Below, piece after piece: positions 57,263-64,000 of a stretch of 64,000 nucleotides of DNA. Source of the DNA: Escherichia phage vB_EcoM_112; the sequence record NC_024125.2. The stretch is one strand, 5' to 3'. The notes under the pieces were generated by a model, which had not been told where the DNA came from, did no database searches, and saw nothing but the letters and a program-made list of their open reading frames with translations. The stretch's first letter is position 1, and each line of letters starts with the position of its first letter. The translations under genes and the position numbers were made by a program.

Positions 57263-57588
57263 TTAAACCATCCTTTAATACGCTGCCACAAAGTTTTCTG
57301 TTGAGCTTTGTTAACACCAATTGAACGAATAACTGGTTGAGATTCCTGGAATTCTTTATAATCAGCAAGGTAAATTTCGTAAGCTGCATCCGTAAATGAA
57401 CTTATCGCTGCCATAAAATTATTGCGAATACCTACTGGAGCATCTTTACTTTCACGAATAATCATGTATTTACCAGTCTTAATCTTTACGATAGTTCCAA
57501 GATAAGCTCCATGGTACCAAATATCCCAACCCTCTTGAGTAGGTTCTGCACAACGACGAAGTTCATTGACAATTTCTAACTTGTTCAT
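57259..57588 (-). CDS. Hypothetical 109-aa protein (motA.1 position)
   Basis: ORF immediately downstream of motA. Confidence 0.55.
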   Translation of the reverse strand: MNKLEIVNELRRCAEPTQEGWDIWYHGAYLGTIVKIKTGKYMIIRESKDAPVGIRNNFMAAISSFTDAAYEIYLADYKEFQESQPVIRSIGVNKAQQKTLWQRIKGWFK

Positions 57589-57598
57589 TATTTATTCC

Positions 57599-58234
57599 TC
57601 ACAGTTCAGATGCTACAGTGATTACAGCTTCAATGTTTTCTGCCGAGCGTTTAATGTCAAGATACACATTACCGTTTTTAGCGATTTTACATGACATTCC
57701 GATGTCAGTAAATTTCTGAATATGATGTTCCATCATTTTGTATCCAAAAATTCGCATATTTCCATTATTGTTAATTTCAAAATTACGAATTCCGTGAGTG
57801 CGTTTTTCTAAAATAGCGAGATAGTTACTGCGATAAGTTTCAACCTTTTTAAGAACAAATCCATTTTCATCTAAAAGTTTTAACATGAAGTCTTTATCTT
57901 CTTCCATATCGGAAGTAATCTCGCGAGCTTTACGAGTTGCTCGTTTTTTCAGCAGTTCCGGAGCATTTTCTTGTGCGTATAAAGTTGCTGCATTTGAAAT
58001 AATATCCTGAGCTTCACCAGTAATGATTAATCCATCACCAGATTTCTCCACCAGGCCTTTTTTAATCAATACCCCAATATTACTATTAACTACTGCGTTA
58101 CCTAAATCTGGATGCACCTCACGAACTTCTGCAGCTGTAATGAAATCTTTCTTAGCAATAGTAATTAAAATCGCAGCAGTTTTTTCATTCAGAACATCGT
58201 TAGAAGCTTTGATGATGTAAGTTACTTTAGACAT
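57599..58234 (-). CDS. motA: MotA middle transcription activator
   Basis: 211 aa; matches remembered T4 MotA; early promoter cassette at 58276-58305. Confidence 0.92.
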   Translation of the reverse strand: MSKVTYIIKASNDVLNEKTAAILITIAKKDFITAAEVREVHPDLGNAVVNSNIGVLIKKGLVEKSGDGLIITGEAQDIISNAATLYAQENAPELLKKRATRKAREITSDMEEDKDFMLKLLDENGFVLKKVETYRSNYLAILEKRTHGIRNFEINNNGNMRIFGYKMMEHHIQKFTDIGMSCKIAKNGNVYLDIKRSAENIEAVITVASEL

Positions 58235-58275
58235 TTTCTAATCTCCGTAATTCTGTATCAGTAGTTGATAGTTGT

Positions 58276-58305
58276 ATAGTACCACAGTATGCTTTGGTTG
58301 TAAAC
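58276..58305 (-). promoter_or_regulatory. Early promoter cassette upstream of motA
   Basis: GTTTAC-18-TACTATAC plus UP element TTTTGTGAAAAAATTTTTGAAATAAAAAA; repeated at 40976-41036. Confidence 0.65.
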
Positions 58306-58336
58306 CGTTTTGTGAAAAAATTTTTGAAATAAAAAA

Positions 58337-58356
58337 GGGAGAGCCTCGGCTCTCCC
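58337..58356 (-). terminator. Hairpin terminator downstream of gene 52
   Basis: GGGAGAGCCTCGGCTCTCCC. Confidence 0.7.
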
Positions 58357-58507
58357 TAAAATTACTGTATGACTGTGATAACTGTCATGATAACACGCTG
58401 AATACCAAAAGCAAGAAGACCTCCTGCTACGGCTGGAACAACACCTAAACCCGCCAGTAAAATGGCACCAGATACTAACGCAGCGCTTGTAATACCTACG
58501 AATGGAC

Positions 58508-59836
58508 TCATTTGATTTCCTCTAAATCTTTGGTGTATTCTGTAACTACATCAGTAGTTTTCCAATATTCGTTTTCTTCTTTCTTAGCTTTAGCTTCTTC
58601 GGCAAGTTTCTTTGCTTCATCGGAAGTCATATGAAAAATATTCATTCCAACTAGTTTATCAACATAAGAAGAATACATATCGATTTTCGAAAGTTCTTCG
58701 GTCAGTTCTTTGCGAGTTTTACCCTGTACAACGATTTCACCTGAAATTACTTTCTTAATGAAATGTGCCTTGGCAAAGGCTAAACGAAATGCTGATTCAG
58801 TTTCTTTGATTTTGTTATCAATTCGTTTTTGGACATAAGTTTTACGAACTTCAACGAAGTCTTTGATTAAATCAACTACGTTATCGTAAACTTGCAGCTT
58901 TCCTTTCTCATTAATAACCGTAATATTCTGAGAACGACGCTCAATCAGTCCGAAGTCTTTCATAATTTTTGCATGGCGTTCTTCTTCATTATCGCTCAAA
59001 GAATATTCTTTGCGGAATTTAACTTTGAATCCAAAACCATGCTCACCACAAGCATCATCCCATGTAATGAAGCCTTTATCTTCAAGTGGGTCTAAGATTT
59101 TACTCACATAAGTTTCACGATCATACTTATACGGAATCTCAGTGATATGCATTTGAGTTCGTGAAGTAAACTTATATGTTCCACGAATTTCATATTGACC
59201 ATCAATCTCAACGACTTCACCACGAAATTCTGGGAATTCTACCTTCGGTTTAGTTACTTTCTTTCCTTGAAGAGCTTGCAGTACAGCTTTCTTAACAGAA
59301 GAAACACTATGAGGAAGAATGTAAGTTGCATAACCAGTTGCAATACCGGAAACGCCATTAAGAAGAACAGTAGGAATAATAGGCAAATAGAAAGCAGGCG
59401 GAATGTGTTCTTTATCTTGATGTACCGGAGCATATTCAGTATCTTTATATACGTTATAGAAATTTTTACTTACACGAGCAAAAATATAACGACTTGCTGC
59501 TGCTTTTTGGACGGTACGAGAACCAAAGTTTCCTTGACCATCTAACAGAGGAAAGTTATTATTCCAAGTGTTAGCCATCAAAGCACCTGCGTCTTGCGCA
59601 GAGTTTTCACCATGATGATATCCAAGGTCCGCTACACCACCTGCAATAGAAGCGAGTTTGTGAAACTTATCTTTATTCCCTCGTGCCAAATCAAGAGCTC
59701 GAGCAATAACAAATCGTTGAACTGGCTTAAATCCGTCAATCATATTTGGGATAGCACGATTTTCAACCGTGTACATAGCATAAGCCAATGCTTCATTATC
59801 AATGATACTTTTTAAATCGCGATTATTCAGTTGCAT
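58508..59836 (-). CDS. 52: DNA topoisomerase II medium subunit gp52
   Basis: 442 aa; GyrA/ParC-like N-terminal region (...AIPNMIDGFKPVQRFV...). Confidence 0.92.
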   Translation of the reverse strand: MQLNNRDLKSIIDNEALAYAMYTVENRAIPNMIDGFKPVQRFVIARALDLARGNKDKFHKLASIAGGVADLGYHHGENSAQDAGALMANTWNNNFPLLDGQGNFGSRTVQKAAASRYIFARVSKNFYNVYKDTEYAPVHQDKEHIPPAFYLPIIPTVLLNGVSGIATGYATYILPHSVSSVKKAVLQALQGKKVTKPKVEFPEFRGEVVEIDGQYEIRGTYKFTSRTQMHITEIPYKYDRETYVSKILDPLEDKGFITWDDACGEHGFGFKVKFRKEYSLSDNEEERHAKIMKDFGLIERRSQNITVINEKGKLQVYDNVVDLIKDFVEVRKTYVQKRIDNKIKETESAFRLAFAKAHFIKKVISGEIVVQGKTRKELTEELSKIDMYSSYVDKLVGMNIFHMTSDEAKKLAEEAKAKKEENEYWKTTDVVTEYTKDLEEIK

Positions 59837-59840
59837 AAAT

Positions 59841-59981
59841 TTACCATACTAGTGAATGTAGTGCCATAATAACATCAGAAATGAAAAGCACGACTTGAAT
59901 TAATCCGAACATTACTCCATAATATAGTGCTACTAATAAAGTAGCAAGGGCTAATGAATAGCCCAAGATTTTCTTAATCAT
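59841..59981 (-). CDS. Small hydrophobic protein (~46 aa; T4 52.1 position)
   Basis: Hand-translated MIKKILGYSLALATLLVALYYGVMFGLIQVVLFISDVIMALHSLVW; coordinates approximate. Confidence 0.45.
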   Translation of the reverse strand: MIKKILGYSLALATLLVALYYGVMFGLIQVVLFISDVIMALHSLVW

Positions 59982-60132
59982 TAGTAGATAACAACACAAA
60001 TGTTAAATATGCACACATACCCTGGGCTAAAGCTTGTGAAAACACACTGCTAGCATCGATACAGATAGTTAAAACACATGCTACTATCCAACAAATAAAT
60101 GAAATAACTCCTAATAATTTTGCGATATTCAT
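59974..60132 (-). CDS. ac: Small membrane protein (~51 aa; Ac-like)
   Basis: Hand-translated MNIAKLLGVISFICWIVACVLTICIDASSVFSQALAQGMCAYLTFVLLSTND; size and position fit T4 ac; coordinates approximate. Confidence 0.5.
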   Translation of the reverse strand: MNIAKLLGVISFICWIVACVLTICIDASSVFSQALAQGMCAYLTFVLLSTND

Positions 60133-60139
60133 ATTTTCC

Positions 60140-60220
60140 TCACTGGCGTCCGAAGACGCCTTTAGTTTTAAGATTATTACGATAGAACTGCATCACGTGT
60201 TCGTTGTGGAAATTACTCAT
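60140..60220 (-). CDS. stp: Stp peptide (26 aa)
   Basis: Hand-translated [26 protein letters not shown], matching the T4 Stp peptide as I recall it; ATG overlaps ndd stop (TAATG). Confidence 0.7.
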
Positions 60221-60678
60221 TAATATGCCTGCAAAACGAATTTAAAATTATCAGCCAACATACGGTTCATTTCTTCAAGTGTTTGATACTCAGAATGATG
60301 ATTACGAGTAAACGCTAAAGCTAACTGTCCTTTTCCAAATCCCGTCGTCAGAGGTTTCATCTTAGAAGCAGGCAGATAAAATACTGTGTATGGAACATTG
60401 TTATTTGCAATAGTACGTGCAAGCTGAGACCGACGTTGACGAATATGACTTAGAACTGCACTGAATCCTTGCTTAGAACGCTGATTACCTACATAAAATC
60501 GCGCAGACACACATGGATTACTAAATGGACGACCATCTAATTTACTTACTAAAAAGTAAAATCCAGGTTTAGACAAAATGTCTTTGTGCGGAGTTCCCAA
60601 AAACCACTCACCACCCTTGATTGTACCAATAACAGTTGCGCCTGCATTGTTCAAATCAGTAACAGTCATGTATTTCAT
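60220..60678 (-). CDS. ndd: Ndd nucleoid disruption protein
   Basis: ~152 aa from [18 protein letters not shown] (SD AGAGGAAA upstream); track ORF has a 17-codon extension lacking an RBS. Confidence 0.85.
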
Positions 60679-60738
60679 ATTAATTTCCTCTAAATTATTT
60701 TCTACTCCAAGGCCGCATGAATACACACGGCCATTAAA

Positions 60739-60954
60739 TTAATCGTCGCAGTCGACGCTCAATTCCCAAAACTCTTCTACGGTATAAGTTTCAATATCAT
60801 TTTCAATACAGAAACGTTCATTACTGTTGTTTGCTAAAGTAGCGTTAACTGTCATTTTTTCGCTAGTGCTCTTAAGAGGTGAAATACGAATTAACTGATC
60901 ACCGTTATCTAAACAAAAAATTTCACCAACTTTTACATCTTTAAAACTTTTCAT
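60739..60954 (-). CDS. Hypothetical 71-aa protein (ndd.1 position)
   Basis: ORF. Confidence 0.5.
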   Translation of the reverse strand: MKSFKDVKVGEIFCLDNGDQLIRISPLKSTSEKMTVNATLANNSNERFCIENDIETYTVEEFWELSVDCDD

Positions 60955-61069
60955 AATTCACCTCAAGGAGTATAAAATCCAAACGCAGTTGTTGACCATC
61001 CCATCCAATACGGGAAATTTGCGCCAATGTAAAACATAAGAATATAAAACCAACCGCTCAGCAAATTCA

Positions 61070-61288
61070 TCATTTTACACCATTCCAAATTGTTTCAACC
61101 ACGGATTTTAAACCATTTTGATGAATATCCATTCCGACTACCGCCATCAAATAGATTCCAACTACAACTGAACCTAAGGCAAAAATCAGCATGAAAATGA
61201 ATAAAGCCGGAAAAATATTATCGAAAAACCATTCAATAAATGTAAAAGCACTGCGTTTACGCTTCATATTTTCCTCACATAAATCCAA
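61070..61288 (-). CDS. Small membrane protein (72 aa)
   Basis: Two predicted TM helices (IFPALFIFMLIFALGSVVVGIYLMAVVGM). Confidence 0.5.
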   Translation of the reverse strand: MDLCEENMKRKRSAFTFIEWFFDNIFPALFIFMLIFALGSVVVGIYLMAVVGMDIHQNGLKSVVETIWNGVK

Positions 61289-61388
61289 AGTAAACGTTTA
61301 ATACATCAATCATTAAAACGATTGGGAATATACTCAAAACTATTAGTATTATAACTACATTCCATATAGCTTTAATAATCTTTTTCAT
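61275..61388 (-). CDS. Small membrane protein (37 aa; start MKKIIKAIW)
   Basis: SD GGAGGAAC 6 nt upstream of internal ATG; the longer track ORF begins upstream of the early promoter at 61417-61446. Confidence 0.5.
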   Translation of the reverse strand: MKKIIKAIWNVVIILIVLSIFPIVLMIDVLNVYFGFM

Positions 61389-61416
61389 TTTCTGTTCCTC
61401 CGTAGTTGATAGGGTA

Positions 61417-61446
61417 ATAGTACCACGGAAGAACAGTCTTGTAAAC
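61417..61446 (-). promoter_or_regulatory. Early promoter cassette (GTTTAC...TACTAT, leader CTATCAACTACGGAGGAAC)
   Basis: Repeat family member. Confidence 0.55.
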
Positions 61447-61630
61447 AACTTTTTAAAAATATTCGTAATAAATGTGAATACCAACTACTACCGCTGAAAC
61501 CTGCGCAACCCACCACGCACAAGCAATAAGTACAGAATTCAAAATTTTCATAATAACCTCATCACAAAAGTAAATGTTAAACAAATTACTGGAATACTAA
61601 TTAACCAAACAAAACACCACCATAGTGAAC

Positions 61631-61894
61631 TCATAGCTCAATCTCAATGATTTCAAGATTATTTTCTTTAATAGCTTTCTTTAAATCATCGTAAATAAGA
61701 ACTTCCCAAGAATTGTTTAAATCACCATTCAACAAACGCTCTTGCTGCAATTTATCAGTAAGATATGGTTGATCTGATTCATATTTAGACAATCCCAATG
61801 AAATAAATGATGTTGCATCGTCAATTTCAGAATATTGTACATGAACAAATTCACCTGTGATTTTATGTTTAACATAAAAGAATTTAAATTTCAT
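61631..61894 (-). CDS. Hypothetical 87-aa protein
   Basis: SD GGAGGAAC upstream; early promoter cassette at 61922-61951. Confidence 0.6.
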   Translation of the reverse strand: MKFKFFYVKHKITGEFVHVQYSEIDDATSFISLGLSKYESDQPYLTDKLQQERLLNGDLNNSWEVLIYDDLKKAIKENNLEIIEIEL

Positions 61895-61921
61895 TTTTGT
61901 TCCTCCGTAGTTGATAGTTGT

Positions 61922-61951
61922 ATAGTACCACGGTCCTTGTGGTATGTAAAC
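61922..61951 (-). promoter_or_regulatory. Early promoter cassette (GTTTAC-18-TACTATAC, leader CAACTATCAACTACGGAGGAAC)
   Basis: Repeat family member; drives ORF 61631-61894. Confidence 0.6.
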
Positions 61952-61972
61952 CGTTTTGTGAAAAAATTTTTT

Positions 61973-62530
61973 TTAAATGGAAAGATACCATCCGTTGTAG
62001 TTGCTTTTTCTTACAACCTTACGAAGGTCTTCTCTATCACCAATGAACTTCGGAGTGTACTGGATGACACCTGGATGAATTTCTTTAGTGTTGAATATAA
62101 TTATACAGTCAGCGACTTGATGATTCAGAATGGGCCCTAGATTTATTCCAGAACCGTATGGATACTCTCCGCTGCATCCGGTTGTTACCGAAATCCATCG
62201 TGAGTCAGTTTGATGTGTTTTGACTTCTACACGAAGCCCACAGTATTTTGGATGCGCCAATACATCCCATGCATATGTATATGGGTCATTAACATCCTCT
62301 TGGCCTTTGTTAACATACCCGCTTAGCCAATCTGCTACAAAAAATTCTGCGTACACAGCGATACGGCATCTTTCGATAACTTCTGCCTTATCCTGATTCG
62401 GATTTTGTTTTAAAGAGTATCTTGCTGTATCAGCAATTTTGACCTTCATTTCACTAGTCAAGTCACTGTTCGATAGGGTAAATGTCGGAATCTGAAATAG
62501 TCTCTGTAACCCCGGATTCGTTTTCTGCAT
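61973..62530 (-). CDS. denB: DenB endonuclease IV
   Basis: 185 aa (T4 DenB length); synteny next to rIIB. Confidence 0.78.
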   Translation of the reverse strand: MQKTNPGLQRLFQIPTFTLSNSDLTSEMKVKIADTARYSLKQNPNQDKAEVIERCRIAVYAEFFVADWLSGYVNKGQEDVNDPYTYAWDVLAHPKYCGLRVEVKTHQTDSRWISVTTGCSGEYPYGSGINLGPILNHQVADCIIIFNTKEIHPGVIQYTPKFIGDREDLRKVVRKSNYNGWYLSI

Positions 62531-62792
62531 TTAAACTTTCCTTTTTACCACTAAGATAAGCGTTATACACTTTAAGAGTACCATAGTAAATTCGATCATT
62601 TTCATCTAAAGAATTACGATCAAGTTCATCGAGATTCTTTTTGTCCATGACTATAACATCATTGCAGTAAAGAACTCCAAGTTTTTCATGCCCAAACTCG
62701 AATTTATTGCAGTACACAATATTAGCGTAATGATTACCATGTAGAGAAATTTCTTTTATGTCGGTGTCACCGATATTCATACAATAAATCAT
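62463..62792 (-). CDS. Hypothetical 109-aa protein
   Basis: ORF; 3' end overlaps the denB 5' region. Confidence 0.5.
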   Translation of the reverse strand: MIYCMNIGDTDIKEISLHGNHYANIVYCNKFEFGHEKLGVLYCNDVIVMDKKNLDELDRNSLDENDRIYYGTLKVYNAYLSGKKESLNAENESGVTETISDSDIYPIEQ

Positions 62793-62809
62793 AATTTACC
62801 TTAAAACAA

Positions 62810-62825
62810 AAGGGCCGAAGCCCTT
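62810..62825 (-). terminator. Hairpin (GGGCCGAAGCCC) between rIIB-proximal small ORFs
   Basis: Same hairpin core repeated at 63037-63054. Confidence 0.55.
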
Positions 62826-62828
62826 ATT

Positions 62829-63023
62829 TTATTTGAATTGTTCAATTCTTTTCTCTAAACAGTCAGCATAAGATTTCATTGAGATAAACTGCGAAAGTAA
62901 CAGTTCTTGCTCAACTGCACTAACTGTTAGAAACTTTGCGCTTTCTAAAAATTTGCTCAGTGCATTAATTTTGAGCATTAATTGATCGTATTCTTCTTTT
63001 ACTCGTGCTTGATAACCTAACAT
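62829..63023 (-). CDS. Hypothetical 64-aa coiled-coil protein
   Basis: ORF flanked by GGGCCGAAGCCC hairpins. Confidence 0.5.
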   Translation of the reverse strand: MLGYQARVKEEYDQLMLKINALSKFLESAKFLTVSAVEQELLLSQFISMKSYADCLEKRIEQFK

Positions 63024-63051
63024 AATTTTCCTTAGTTAAGGGCCGAAGCCC

Positions 63052-63990
63052 TTATTTAAATTGTTCAGTAGCGTCTTCAACTACTTCGTATTGACAGGTA
63101 CGCATTTTAGCATCGTTGTAATCAATCGGAATTGATACTACATCACGCGGATGTACTTTAACTTTTACAACTCGACTAGTTGAACTGCCAAAGTGACGAA
63201 TATAAGATTTAGAACACACATGCAGACCACGAGAACAAGTTTGTGTATCATCGTCATTCACACGAGTACGTGGCATTTTAACTACTTTACCAGGACTGTT
63301 ATCAAAGGTATTTGAGTGACAGTCAAAGTAATTGCTACGAACTACTTTCCAAGCATAGAAGTAACCATCTTCTGTAATTTCAATATCGTTTGCTACCAAG
63401 AAATCAAAGAGTCGAGATACCGCTTTTTGGCTTGGGTTTTCCAGCAGATTTTCCAAGAACGGAAAATAAAATTCAAAGTTTTCGCCTTTTTCCATCGAGT
63501 CAAGAATACGATCAACCAAACCAGACCGCAATTCAATATTTTGATAGAACAAGCTTCCACCTTCAATTCGAACATCGCCGGAAATATATTTTTCAACAGC
63601 GCGACGAACATTAATTTTTTGTGCCGCTTCTTCCAACTTATCCGCTACAAGCAGATTAAGAATTTCCTGGAAGTTTGAATGAGTATTAGGAGTTGCATTA
63701 TAAGTTACACCGTCAACAGTAATTGAAATGAATTTTTTAGATGCATTCCAAATAATGTCAGATTTAGCAACTGGAGCAATAACTGCATCGCTATTAACTT
63801 TAACTGTAATATCACCGCTAATAGTAACTTTAGGGCGTTTAGCTTCTTCAGCATTTTTCAAAACACGACGGATTGTGTCAACCGATACACCTTGCCAATC
63901 AGCCAATTCCTGTTGGGTGTAATTACCACTTGAATACAGTTTAACAATTTCAGCTTGTTCGTTTTTGGTCAGGCATTTAATATTGTACAT
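63052..63990 (-). CDS. rIIB: rIIB
   Basis: 312 aa; matches remembered T4 rIIB (MYNIKCLTKNEQAEIVKLYSSGNY...). Confidence 0.92.
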   Translation of the reverse strand: MYNIKCLTKNEQAEIVKLYSSGNYTQQELADWQGVSVDTIRRVLKNAEEAKRPKVTISGDITVKVNSDAVIAPVAKSDIIWNASKKFISITVDGVTYNATPNTHSNFQEILNLLVADKLEEAAQKINVRRAVEKYISGDVRIEGGSLFYQNIELRSGLVDRILDSMEKGENFEFYFPFLENLLENPSQKAVSRLFDFLVANDIEITEDGYFYAWKVVRSNYFDCHSNTFDNSPGKVVKMPRTRVNDDDTQTCSRGLHVCSKSYIRHFGSSTSRVVKVKVHPRDVVSIPIDYNDAKMRTCQYEVVEDATEQFK

Positions 63991-64000
63991 AATTTTCCTT

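Overview
This window is a contiguous ~64 kb segment of a T4-like (T-even, Tequatrovirus-type) myovirus genome, collinear with phage T4 from the 3' part of gene 23 (major capsid protein) through rIIB. Gene calls rest on reading the supplied translations against remembered T4 proteins, motifs and sizes; no database search was run. Content in order: head genes (23, 24, hoc, inh), rnlB, uvsW/uvsY, the baseplate cluster (25, 26, 51, 27, 28, 29, 48, 54), alt, DNA ligase (30) and the 30.x accessory cluster, rIII, 31, cd, pseT, alc, rnlA, denA, the nrdB/nrdA/td/frd nucleotide-metabolism block, 32, 59, 33, dsbA, rnh, the long tail fibre module (34-38), t, asiA, arn, motA, 52, ac/stp/ndd, denB and rIIB. 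The backbone is T4-like but the window is mosaic. The most notable feature is that nrdA is split into two ORFs by a ~0.9 kb insertion carrying a free-standing HNH endonuclease gene. Other departures from T4 as I recall it: the td intron retains its ends but its I-TevI ORF is reduced to a 55-codon in-frame remnant; the nrdB intron carries a full-length 269-aa HNH endonuclease (I-TevIII-like); gp37/gp38 are of the T2/T6 type (gp37 with a C-terminal S74-like chaperone domain, gp38 a glycine-rich adhesin); no seg genes sit at the 23/24 or inh/uvsW junctions; and two truncated alt N-terminal paralog fragments lie next to alt. Two families of repeated early-promoter cassettes, many GC-hairpin terminators and several TATAAATA late promoters are visible. 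No rRNA, tRNA or CRISPR array was found.
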